From assembly GCA_963719505.1 (NCBI GenBank), contig CAVRCF010000001.1, positions 256,001 through 320,000 of the forward strand: a stretch of DNA of 64,000 nt. Direction: 5' to 3'. Positions 38,412 to 47,829 of the stretch are shown one piece after another (the first letter of the stretch is position 1; each line of letters opens with the position of its first letter). The translations under genes and the position numbers were made by a program. The DNA comes from Halobacteriovoraceae bacterium (GTDB lineage Bacteria > Bdellovibrionota > Bacteriovoracia > Bacteriovoracales > Bacteriovoracaceae). The notes beneath the pieces are model-generated. The model was not told the origin of the DNA. It was given only the letters and a program-made list of their open reading frames with translations, and did not search any database.

Positions 38412-39206
38412 ATGAACATTTTTGTCTGTGTAAAACAAGTTCCGGATACGGAAACAAAAGTTCAGCCAAATGGTGATGGAACTTTTATCGAAACAAGCTC
38501 AATAAAATGGATTATGAATCCCTATGATGAATTTGCTGTTGAACAAGCTCTTCTTGTAAAAGCTGCGAATGCTGGATCAACTGTTACTGTCGTTAGAGTC
38601 GGTGGTGTTAAAGATACTGAAGCCCTTAGAACAGCAATGGCGATGGGTGCTGATGAAGCGATCTTAGTTGAAGCTGAAGATAACCTTAGACTCTTATTCA
38701 ATCGCAAAAGCACTTAAAGGTGCTATTGAAAAGTCTGGAAAGTCTGCAGATCTTATTCTTTGTGGTAAACAAGCAATCGATGATGACTGTCTTCAAGTTC
38801 CACAGATTCTAGCGCAGATGATGAGTCTTCCTTCTGTTGCTGTTATTGTCGGATTTGAGCAAAACGGCGAAGCAATTACAGTAAAAAGAGAGATCGAAGG
38901 TGGAGCACTTGAAGTTTATGAGTTAAACACTCCGTGTGTTCTAGCGACGAATAAAGGAATAAATACTCCAAGATACGCTTCACTTCCTGGAATCATGAAA
39001 GCAAAAAGAAAACCACTTCAACAATTAAGTCTATCATGATGTTGGTGTTGAAGCTGATGATAGAAGAGTTGCTTATTCAGATTTTACATTTACCTCCTGA
39101 GAAACCAGCAGGTAAAACATTTGATGCAATGGATGAGGCAAATCAAGCAAGTGTAGTTGCAGAGGTTGTTGGACTATTAAGAAACGAAGCGAAAGTTAAG
39201 ATATAA
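38412..39206 (+). pseudogene. etfB: Electron transfer flavoprotein beta subunit, split by three +1 frameshifts (probably sequence errors)
   Basis: VCVKQVPDT, NPYDEFAVE, CGKQAID, PRYASLPGIMKAK and a final ...LLRNEAKVKI* recovered by removing single bases near 38685, 39037 and 39090. Confidence 0.85.
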
Positions 39207-40169
39207 TGGCAAAAGTATTAGTTTATTCAGAATTAAATAAAGGGAAAGTAAAACCCGTTACTCTAGAGATTCTTGGAAGATTAAGTGGTCAAGATGCTGA
39301 CGTGGTTTTTGTTGGCGAAGAAGTAGCAGCTGATCAGATAACTGTTCTTGGCGAGTATGGAGCAAATAAAATCCATGATTTAAAAGGTGATAAGTTAGAT
39401 AAATATACTCCTGAGGGTTATTCAAATGCTCTTCACGGTTTTATCTCAAGTGCAGTCTTATGACTATGTTCTTGCAGGTGCTACAAGTGCAGCTAAGGAT
39501 TTTATACCAAGACTTGCGACAAAGTTTGATGCAGGACTTGCAAGTGATTGTACAAACTTTCTTTTTGAAGGAGACACATTTCACGGAACAAGACCGCTGT
39601 TTGCTGGTAAGTGTTTAGCCAAAGTAAATCTTCAAGGACCAAAACCACATTTTGCAACTGTTAGACCAAATGCTCTTGGTATGCCAGAGACAAAGTCTGC
39701 TGGTGCAGGTGAAAAGAATGAAGTTTCAGCAGATGCTGGTGAAATAAAAGCTATGATCAAAGAGATCGTTGCTGCTGCAAGTGAAAAAGTTGATCTTACA
39801 GAGGCAAATATTATTATCTCCGGTGGACGTGCGATGAAAAACTCTGAGAACTTTGCGATTCTTGATGAGTGTGCAGCTGTTCTTGGAGCAACTGTTGGTG
39901 CAAGTCGTGCTGCTGTTGACTCAGGTTATGCCCCAGCAAATATGCAAGTCGGTCAAACAGGTAAAACTGTTTCTCCTTCACTTTATATTGCTTGTGGTAT
40001 TTCAGGAGCTATTCAGCATCTAGCTGGGATGAGAACATCAAAAGTTATTGTTGCTATCAACACTGACCCAGATGCTCCAATCTTCACAAAAGCTGACTAC
40101 GGTATCGTTGGTGACCTTTATAAAATTGTTCCTCTACTTACTGAAGAATTTAAAAAAGTAATGGATTAA
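39206..40169 (+). pseudogene. etfA: Electron transfer flavoprotein alpha subunit, one +1 frameshift near 39450 (probably a sequence error)
   Basis: ORFs 39206..39463 and 39426..40169 join; SGGR, VGASRAAVD, QVGQTGK.V.P.LYIACGISGAIQH. Confidence 0.88.
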
Positions 40170-40182
40170 ATTAAATAGATAC

Positions 40183-40209
40183 GGGGGAGTTGTCATACTC
40201 CCCCTTTTT
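40183..40209 (+). terminator. Intrinsic terminator after etfA
   Basis: gggggagt-tgtcat-actccccc-ttttt. Confidence 0.85.
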
Positions 40210-40214
40210 ATGTC

Positions 40215-40814
40215 ATGAAAACTCGTCTCATTTCTTTTCTCGCTTCCCTATTATTTCGAATACTGAAGTTAACCTATACATATAAGCTCGATTTTCAAGA
40301 TGAAGATCAAACCTCACTTTTAAAAAGTAAATCTCCTGATCCAAACCTTCAATACTTAATCGCATTTTTTCATCAAGACGAATTAGCACTCATTCCATAC
40401 TTTATCGATTCTAATCATGCAGCTTTAGTTTCCCTTTCAAAAGATGGAGAGATCATGAGTCGCGCTATCAAGAATCTTGGACTCACACCCATAAGGGGGT
40501 CTTCATCCCGCGGAGCTGTGTCGGGTTTAATTGCGGCCATAAGAAAAGTGAAAGAGGGTTATACCCTGGCCTTTGCTGTCGATGGTCCCCGTGGGCCAAT
40601 TTATAAAGTGAAAGAGGGATTATCAAAAGTTTCTCAAAAGACTGAAGTTAAAATTCTTCCCCTCAGGGCCAATGTCGACAAAGAATATATTTTCGAAAAA
40701 GCTTGGAACAAAGCTAAGCTGGCAAAGCCTTTTGCAACCATAACCATTAAGGTTGGCAAACTTGACTTTTATACTCCAGAACAATTGGAGCAAAAGCTCC
40801 TAAACTTAAACTAA
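40215..40814 (+). CDS. DUF374 / lysophospholipid acyltransferase family protein
   Basis: S.SKDGE...RGSSSRG...AVDGPRGP. Confidence 0.85.
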   Translation: MKTRLISFLASLLFRILKLTYTYKLDFQDEDQTSLLKSKSPDPNLQYLIAFFHQDELALIPYFIDSNHAALVSLSKDGEIMSRAIKNLGLTPIRGSSSRGAVSGLIAAIRKVKEGYTLAFAVDGPRGPIYKVKEGLSKVSQKTEVKILPLRANVDKEYIFEKAWNKAKLAKPFATITIKVGKLDFYTPEQLEQKLLNLN

Positions 40815-40852
40815 AGCTGATTATTTTCCGATAAGTTCTCAAAGGATTAAAA

Positions 40853-41575
40853 ATGGAACCAATTAACTACTCATGGGATGAAGGTGAAGAATCATTTAGC
40901 GATGAAGAATCCTTCATCAACGAATCCTCCCTAGAAAGTGAGGTGGAACTTCCCAGTAGAAAAAACCTGCAACTTGCAAGAAGACTCTTTCACGTTGGAA
41001 ATGGTGTGGCCGTTGCAACACTTTACTGGATATCATTTTCTCACTCTCAGATGGTTCATGCTCTTGGGATGATTGCCTGTTTACTCTACGTTTTTGAGCA
41101 AATTAGAATTAGCTATCCTGAAGCTCAAAGCAAGTTTCTTCCTATGACACGTTTTATTATGCGGGCTGAAGAACAACTTAAAGAATCAGCAATGGTTCCT
41201 TATGCTTTTGCCGTTTTACTTACCATTATAACTTTTCCAAAACCTATTGCTCTTATTGCAATTTATACACTCGCTATTTCAGATCCGCTTTCAGCGATTA
41301 TTGGAATTCAATTTGGAAAAAGAAGAATAGTTCCGCACAAAAGTTTAGAAGGTTCTGCGGCATTTTTTGTATCTTCTTTCATCATCTGTGTTTTTGTCTT
41401 AGGTGTAACGACAGGAGAGGTAAGCGGACTCGTGCTGATTGTCTCATTACTGGTATCTTTTATGACCAGTGCTTTTGAAATGCTACCACTTCGTATTGAC
41501 GACAATTTAACAATACCACTTTTCTCAGCAATTATGCTTTGGATATTTTGTGAAACATTCGGGATTTATCTTTAA
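40853..41575 (+). CDS. CTP-dependent diacylglycerol/polyprenol (phytol/dolichol-type) kinase family protein
   Basis: [31 protein letters not shown]. Confidence 0.85.
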   Translation: MEPINYSWDEGEESFSDEESFINESSLESEVELPSRKNLQLARRLFHVGNGVAVATLYWISFSHSQMVHALGMIACLLYVFEQIRISYPEAQSKFLPMTRFIMRAEEQLKESAMVPYAFAVLLTIITFPKPIALIAIYTLAISDPLSAIIGIQFGKRRIVPHKSLEGSAAFFVSSFIICVFVLGVTTGEVSGLVLIVSLLVSFMTSAFEMLPLRIDDNLTIPLFSAIMLWIFCETFGIYL

Positions 41576-41577
41576 TT

Positions 41578-42966
41578 ATGTCTATTAGTGTATTTGATAT
41601 TTACTCCATCGGAATCGGCCCTTCAAGCTCTCACACAGTGGGACCTATGAAAGCTGCCTTTGATTTTTTACAGAGCCTCTCTCAAGAAGAACTTGAAAAA
41701 GTAAAGACGATCAAGGCTGACCTCTATGGCTCTTTAGCTTTAACAGGAAAAGGACACGGAACTGACAAAGCTATTATCTTGGGTTTCATGGGTTATATTC
41801 CAGAGACTATTGATTCAAACAAAACAGAAGACTATATAGCAAGTTGCAAAAAAGATAAAATAATTTTAGTTCAAGCTTTTAATAAAGAGTACAAGATCGC
41901 CTTTAAAGTCAGAGATGATATAAAATTTCACAGACGTGTCTCTTTGCCTTTTCATCCAAATGGGATGGCGTTTGCGGTTTTCGCTTCTGATAACTCACAA
42001 ATTAAAAAGGAAGTTTACTACTCAATTGGTGGTGGATTCATTCTTACAGAAGATGAAGCAAAGATGAGTACAACTACTCAACAGCACACAGAAAAAGTTG
42101 AATTTCCATTTAACTCTGCTGACGAGCTTTTAAAAATTTGTAAAAAGAATAACCTCACTATTCCACAACTTATGATGAGAAATGAACTAACCTGGAGAAA
42201 AGAGGAAGATGTAAAAGAAGGAATCTTAAAATTTTGGAATATCATGGAGGCATGTGTTCAACGTGGCTTTATGAACGAAGGTATACTGCCTGGCGGACTC
42301 AAAGTAAAAAGAAGAGCACCTGCTGTCTATCAAAGCCTAATAACGAACCCAGAAAAAAATCTCTCAGATGTTTTATCCACCATGGACTGGGTTAACCTTT
42401 ATGCTCTTTCGGTAAACGAAGAAAATGCAGCGGGTGGGCAGGTCGTAACCGCTCCCACAAATGGAGCGGCAGGAATAATTCCAGCAGTTCTCCACTACTA
42501 CGTTCGGTTTTCTAACAAATATACTGAACAAGGAGTCATAGACTTTCTTTTAACGGCAGGTGCGATTGCGATGCTTTATAAAAAGAATGCTTCTATAAGT
42601 GGAGCCGAGGTTGGGTGCCAAGGTGAAGTTGGTGTCGCCTGCTCAATGGCTGCAGGAGCTCTCACCCAAGTCCTTGGAGGAACTATTGATCAAGTTGAGA
42701 ATGCTGCTGAAATAGCAATGGAGCACAATCTAGGTCTTACCTGTGACCCCATCGGAGGACTCGTTCAAATTCCTTGTATAGAGAGAAATGCAATGGGTGC
42801 TATAAAAGCTATAAACGCCACAAGAATTGCACTCAAAGGCGATGGAACTCATTTTGTTTCACTGGACAAAGTGATAAGAACGATGAAAAAAACCGGCATG
42901 GATATGAAGAAACATTATAAAGAAACAAGCAAAGGTGGATTAGCAGTCAATATCACGGAGTGCTAA
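41578..42966 (+). CDS. sdaA: L-serine ammonia-lyase (Fe-S dependent)
   Basis: [57 protein letters not shown]. Confidence 0.97.
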   Translation: MSISVFDIYSIGIGPSSSHTVGPMKAAFDFLQSLSQEELEKVKTIKADLYGSLALTGKGHGTDKAIILGFMGYIPETIDSNKTEDYIASCKKDKIILVQAFNKEYKIAFKVRDDIKFHRRVSLPFHPNGMAFAVFASDNSQIKKEVYYSIGGGFILTEDEAKMSTTTQQHTEKVEFPFNSADELLKICKKNNLTIPQLMMRNELTWRKEEDVKEGILKFWNIMEACVQRGFMNEGILPGGLKVKRRAPAVYQSLITNPEKNLSDVLSTMDWVNLYALSVNEENAAGGQVVTAPTNGAAGIIPAVLHYYVRFSNKYTEQGVIDFLLTAGAIAMLYKKNASISGAEVGCQGEVGVACSMAAGALTQVLGGTIDQVENAAEIAMEHNLGLTCDPIGGLVQIPCIERNAMGAIKAINATRIALKGDGTHFVSLDKVIRTMKKTGMDMKKHYKETSKGGLAVNITEC

Positions 42967-43151
42967 ACGTATTGTGAAATAACCCTAAGACATATGTAAC
43001 AAACTAAAATTCCAAAAAGACTATAACCTATCTTTGACCAAATCCCCATATCAGGGCTAGGAGTTAAAATCTTTGGAAAGACTCCCCTTCTGGCAAGGAA
43101 GACAAATGCAATATAGAGAATGATCGTAATAGCAAAAAATAGTAATTTCAT
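42963..43151 (-). CDS. Small two-TM membrane protein
   Basis: 62 aa with two hydrophobic segments; 7 bp downstream of the 43159..43761 gene. Confidence 0.55.
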   Translation of the reverse strand: MKLLFFAITIILYIAFVFLARRGVFPKILTPSPDMGIWSKIGYSLFGILVCYICLRVISQYV

Positions 43152-43158
43152 AGATCTA

Positions 43159-43761
43159 TTATGACTTTACTTTCACCCAGTGTCTATTATCGACTTGAAT
43201 AATTCTTCCTTCTCCACCAAAATGTTCTGAAGTTTCTGGCTTTTTATAAATAGCCACAATTCTTTCGGGAAAGTCCCTCTTCTCTTCGAGAGTTATCTCT
43301 GTTAGATCACCGTTTTCGTTATTTGTCAGTGGCGTCCCTGAAGGATATTTTTTATCAACGTAAGCTAAAACCCAACCGGAAACGGCGATGGGAACTTCTC
43401 TTTCAAAACGCCCACTTCCTACGACCATGCCAAAGGTATCGGAGGCAATTCCTATCACACTGAGCTGGCAACGAGAAGAACAGATTTCAGCCCCCTCATA
43501 AGTATCCACATAACACTTACCTGGAATGAGTTCTCCTTTAAGTTGTTGGAAATCTGCATAGTCATTCCAAAGAGCATTCCAGACACCATCTTGAACATGG
43601 AGTTGGGCTGTCCCAGCTGCATTCCAGATACCGAGGTGGTTTCCCGTATCAGATGGGGACCAGTTTCCCGTTCCAGCGGTATAAGTCCCCTTCTCGATCG
43701 CTATCTCTGAGGCACCAGTACCAAAAGTTATCTTATTTAATTTATCAGATAAAATACCCAT
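43159..43761 (-). CDS. Phage tail-fibre/tailspike C-terminal chaperone-like protein (peptidase G2-like)
   Basis: WNDYADF...VIGIASDTFG...PIAVSG.V...W.KV pattern recognised from phage fibre C-termini; not searched. Confidence 0.55.
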   Translation of the reverse strand: MGILSDKLNKITFGTGASEIAIEKGTYTAGTGNWSPSDTGNHLGIWNAAGTAQLHVQDGVWNALWNDYADFQQLKGELIPGKCYVDTYEGAEICSSRCQLSVIGIASDTFGMVVGSGRFEREVPIAVSGWVLAYVDKKYPSGTPLTNNENGDLTEITLEEKRDFPERIVAIYKKPETSEHFGGEGRIIQVDNRHWVKVKS

Positions 43762-43763
43762 AT

Positions 43764-44990
43764 CTATTTCTCCGCCTTTTTCTCAAGTTCAAGAAGTCTT
43801 TTTTCAAGATCATCTTGTCTTTTATTAAGCTCTTTAATCTGAGTGGACTTTGATTGATTTTCTTTATCTACTTCTTTTAAAGCCTGAAGTAAGACCGCAG
43901 TCAACTGAGGGTACTTCACTACCAGGTAACCATCACTGGCAATACTTACCAGAGATGGAAACTGCTTTTTTATCTCTTGGGCAATAACACCAATATCATC
44001 TTGATCATTTGATCTCCATTTATAAGAGACACCTCGAAGCTTCTTAACCTTAGCAAGAACACCTTTTAAAGTGTGAACATCCCACTTCAAACGTCTGTCT
44101 GACTTAAGCTCCACAGTGTGTGTGTCCTCGATGACTAAGTCGCCATCAATTGTTGTTCCCCCAAATATATTTGTCACTCCATTAATGGTCGTCTGTCCAT
44201 TGACAGCAAAGGTGCCGTCTATTTGAACGGGACCATATAATTCAGCCCCCGTATTATTTGTTGGTGGAGGAAGAACAGGAGTTATAAAAGGCTTCGATAA
44301 GACAGCTCGCCCATTGGGAGCCAAGTCATAGCAGTCACCACCACCATCTCTTCCCGAAGGCAGGAAGGTTCCACCAATACTTTTACATACGTAATCTGCA
44401 ATTGTAGGAAGACTATTACCAGTTGCAGCTGTTGAACACTCAACAATAACGGGATCACCTGAGCCATCATCAATCGTTCTTACATTTAAAAGAATCTTTT
44501 TTGTAATTTCCTTAGCTCCAAAGACATCATCAGTTCTATCGAGGGTGACTTCGAAGTGTGTCCTACCTGTATCACCGGCATTAATATTGGCTGCTGGTGC
44601 CACAGAAGAATCAAGGGCAAAGCTTAAAATTTTCACTCTTGTACTGCCAATCATAGAGGTTGTACCAGCTGTAAAAACTGGTGTTCCATCAGCATTTAAG
44701 ATTTCTGTGATTACTCCCGCTGGAACATTATTTGGGTTGTGAACACCTGATGTTGGAATACTCGCGGGTAAAATTGGACCAAAAGTTTGTCGACAAGCTT
44801 CTTTGTCTCCAAGGACACTTCTAATATTATTGATGATCTCTATTGAATCAAATTTAACTTCTGTGGTTTTGGCACTTTTATTTTGAGTTTCTGACATCTT
44901 CATCATTGCAAGTTGGGCAATTGCCATAATTGCAAGGCTAATCATAACTTGAACAAGTGAAATCCCGGCCTGTGAGAGCTCTTTTTTCAT
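43764..44990 (-). CDS. Type IV pilin-like protein fused to a C-terminal peptidase S74 intramolecular chaperone (trimeric fibre/adhesin)
   Basis: AG|ISLVQVMISLAIMAI prepilin-like N-terminus; SDRRLK.DV...L.GV.YKW...IGVIAQE....P.LV...V.Y..L..VL..A.KE plus coiled coil. Confidence 0.8.
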   Translation of the reverse strand: MKKELSQAGISLVQVMISLAIMAIAQLAMMKMSETQNKSAKTTEVKFDSIEIINNIRSVLGDKEACRQTFGPILPASIPTSGVHNPNNVPAGVITEILNADGTPVFTAGTTSMIGSTRVKILSFALDSSVAPAANINAGDTGRTHFEVTLDRTDDVFGAKEITKKILLNVRTIDDGSGDPVIVECSTAATGNSLPTIADYVCKSIGGTFLPSGRDGGGDCYDLAPNGRAVLSKPFITPVLPPPTNNTGAELYGPVQIDGTFAVNGQTTINGVTNIFGGTTIDGDLVIEDTHTVELKSDRRLKWDVHTLKGVLAKVKKLRGVSYKWRSNDQDDIGVIAQEIKKQFPSLVSIASDGYLVVKYPQLTAVLLQALKEVDKENQSKSTQIKELNKRQDDLEKRLLELEKKAEK

Positions 44991-45029
44991 AGTTTTAAAC
45001 CTCAATTAATTTTATGGTACAATAATAAC

Positions 45030-45368
45030 ATGGATCATTATAGAAGAAAGTTTTTATTTAAGTCGTTGGTTTTATTAGTAACGCCGACGTTGGCATTTTC
45101 CAAAAAGAAAAAACCTCGCCCAATAAAAGGCTCACTTTTAGAGACTGAAAACATAGTTTCTGACTCAGGCATTTACACATTTCCGTCAAATCCTACTACC
45201 AATCAGGTGGTTCACATAAAAATTGAAAATATTCAAAACAGTAAATTTGCAAAGATTAAGTATCAAGGTGTTCCTATTCTCAACGAAAGAGAAGACTTAG
45301 AACTGGATACCCTCTCAATAGTAAAGTTTGTCTACAAAGACAAAAACCAAGGATGGGTTCTTGCATAA
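45030..45368 (+). CDS. Small Tat-signal protein with a phage fibre-like domain
   Basis: YRRKFL twin-arginine signal; TFPSNP...V.I.....G.PI....EDL.LD.....FVY.D..QGW. Confidence 0.55.
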   Translation: MDHYRRKFLFKSLVLLVTPTLAFSKKKKPRPIKGSLLETENIVSDSGIYTFPSNPTTNQVVHIKIENIQNSKFAKIKYQGVPILNEREDLELDTLSIVKFVYKDKNQGWVLA

Positions 45369-46895
45369 TTAATTGAGATAGTTTTCTTCAATTAATTCTT
45401 TGAGACTCTTTAATTCTTCATACTGGTTTTCTAAAAGAGTAGAGAAAAATTGCTTTTCTTCTTGAGTATAGAAGTCTTGATCTTGGATAGTCTCTAAAAC
45501 CTTAGGTCGATCTATATCGTTTATAAACTCTAACGCACAAAGAAGAGTACCTCTCTCTTTCAAAAATATGAAGAGCTCCATAACGCTCTGGCATCGATTT
45601 CGAGTGTTACTTATCAAAACTCCACTTCCAAAGTTATTCTCAATAAGCACATCACAACACAGTTCAATCTTTCCCTCTTTATTCCTCTGTCCATTATCAA
45701 AGACTATTCTTATGGACTGTGCATCTCGAAATGAGTTCGCAATCAGATGATCAAAAAGAAGCATTTTTGTGAAAAACGTTGACTCATTCCTTTCAACATA
45801 AAGGTTTAATTCATCAAGAAGAATGTCCATGCTCTTTTCTTGTTTTTCAATTCTGTTTTCACTGAGATAGGCCAGAGGGTCCATCTTATAGATTCTGTCT
45901 ATCCCTCGAATATCATCCGTTAATAAAAATAAAGTCTCATTAAATTTAACCAATTCACTCTTTTGAGTTATAAGACCAAGTTGTGTGGCAATTAAACTTC
46001 CTAAATGTTGGCATTTTATATATTCAATCTTTTGAGTAAAGTCCCTAAAAGGTGTACCAATTTTTTTCAAATGATAGACTCTGTTTGAGGTAGACTCTAC
46101 GACTTGTATATAATCTGTTTCAGCATCAATAGTGTTCTTGAAAAGGGGGGGAATACGAACATAATCTTTCTCTTGTATTCTAATAACAGCTGGAAATTCA
46201 TCATGATAATTTCCAGTTATTGCTTTATGTTTTGGTAGGTTAAGTTTACAGTCCTGATAGTACTCAAGCCATAACTGCGCAAAACGAGGCTCTACCCGAT
46301 TCGTTAGACAAATTCCATTTGTGTAGTGAATACCTACAGGTGGCTCTAGTTGGTTTTGTTCGCCAACAAGATAATTCCAGTTTTTAGGAAGACATCCAAT
46401 ACTTTCAAGGCTTGGAAGCCAAACGAATTGGTGGAGATCTAAACCACTTGCTTCATTAATATATTTAGGGGTTAGACTTTTGCATTCTCCGCAGTTGAAA
46501 AGCATGAGGCTTGACCAATTTTTAAATTGATAATCTTCCTGTAAACAAGCATCTTTTTTCACTTTCTGAAGTGGGACATAGTCGTGCTTACAGACCATTA
46601 AGCTGAATTTTTCATCAGCGAAATCAAAGATTTTAGTTATATCTTGCGTGAAGATAAAGTCACAGTCGCAATAAAGACTCCAACCTTCATAATTTGACAG
46701 GTATGGGACCAAAAAGCGAGTTAATGAAAAATCCGAGGATTCATGCTTCGTCTTTGGTCTAGAATATTCAGGCAACTGTTTCTTCAAAATTGGTGTGATA
46801 GACAACGGTTCTTTTGAGTTTTGAAGAAGGCTCTGTATCAAAGCATGTAATGCTGGTGCTTCAGATTCATCATACCCTATAAAAATTTTTTTCAT
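45369..46895 (-). CDS. GT-A (GT8-like) glycosyltransferase fused to a degenerate HipA/PI3K-like kinase region
   Basis: KIFIGYD..E, S.DFS.TRFLVPYL.NYEGW..YCDCD (DxD), KNWSS.MLFN, WNYLVGE; C-terminal LFDHLIAN..R. Confidence 0.7.
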   Translation of the reverse strand: MKKIFIGYDESEAPALHALIQSLLQNSKEPLSITPILKKQLPEYSRPKTKHESSDFSLTRFLVPYLSNYEGWSLYCDCDFIFTQDITKIFDFADEKFSLMVCKHDYVPLQKVKKDACLQEDYQFKNWSSLMLFNCGECKSLTPKYINEASGLDLHQFVWLPSLESIGCLPKNWNYLVGEQNQLEPPVGIHYTNGICLTNRVEPRFAQLWLEYYQDCKLNLPKHKAITGNYHDEFPAVIRIQEKDYVRIPPLFKNTIDAETDYIQVVESTSNRVYHLKKIGTPFRDFTQKIEYIKCQHLGSLIATQLGLITQKSELVKFNETLFLLTDDIRGIDRIYKMDPLAYLSENRIEKQEKSMDILLDELNLYVERNESTFFTKMLLFDHLIANSFRDAQSIRIVFDNGQRNKEGKIELCCDVLIENNFGSGVLISNTRNRCQSVMELFIFLKERGTLLCALEFINDIDRPKVLETIQDQDFYTQEEKQFFSTLLENQYEELKSLKELIEENYLN

Positions 46896-46908
46896 CCTTC
46901 CCTCCATC

Positions 46909-47829
46909 TCAAAGCACTGTATTGTCTATAAGATTTCGATAGCCATTACATGAATAATCAACAGATTTTACCTCCCGGTAATGCTCTGTTAAGCAGTGAC
47001 CCAAGTAATCACAATTCGAACAAAATTGATTAGAACGCACACGATTTTTTTCTTTTTCACACCAAGTTTCATAGTCTTTAAATTTATCTAACTCTAAAAA
47101 GAATTCTTTATCTGAATTATCAAATTCTAAAACTGCGAATTTTCCTCTGGGTGTAATATAAATATGATTATCAGAAAAAGAATTATTAGCTTTTTGTTTA
47201 GCCTGACGAATTAAATCTAAATTTACAAACTGAAAGTTCTTTTTTACTGGGCACTCAATCCACTTTGTGACAAATTTTTCAAATTCTAAATCGCTTACAC
47301 TGAAAGCATTGGCTTGATTAGTAGAATAAGGTTTTATTTCAACTGAGCTGATATTTCCTATGGAGTTAAAGGTTCGAATCATTTGCTCAACATCCTTTTG
47401 TATGAGCTTCTCTGAGGCCAGCATAAGAATAGATACATTTTTGTCGAGACTCAAAATATTTGAAAGAACTTTTTCGGATTTCTCCCTTGCATCAAAGTCA
47501 AACGAAACCGAGAGGCTAACATGCTTGTTTAGAAAAAATGGATTTATGATTGAGAGATTTGTAATAATATTAACGGCAGGGTCTCCAAACTCCAATAAAA
47601 TGTTATCAATTTTCTGAAGATACTCATTTTTTAACAAGGCAATTTCACCGCCGTATAGATCAACTTGTTCTATCTCATAGCCTGCACTTACAATCTCATG
47701 AAACATTCCTGAGAGTAAATTTATATCAAGCTTTTCTTTATCTGCTAGCTCGCTTGTGGTCAAGTAACAGAACTCACAACGAAAATTACACAAATAAGTA
47801 GGATTAAGAGAGACAAAAATTTTCTTCAT
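46909..47829 (-). CDS. Radical SAM protein with truncated SPASM-like C-terminus (rSAM-1)
   Basis: CNFRCEFC, LYGGEI, C-terminal CSNCDYLGHCLTEH...C. Confidence 0.92.
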   Translation of the reverse strand: MKKIFVSLNPTYLCNFRCEFCYLTTSELADKEKLDINLLSGMFHEIVSAGYEIEQVDLYGGEIALLKNEYLQKIDNILLEFGDPAVNIITNLSIINPFFLNKHVSLSVSFDFDAREKSEKVLSNILSLDKNVSILMLASEKLIQKDVEQMIRTFNSIGNISSVEIKPYSTNQANAFSVSDLEFEKFVTKWIECPVKKNFQFVNLDLIRQAKQKANNSFSDNHIYITPRGKFAVLEFDNSDKEFFLELDKFKDYETWCEKEKNRVRSNQFCSNCDYLGHCLTEHYREVKSVDYSCNGYRNLIDNTVL

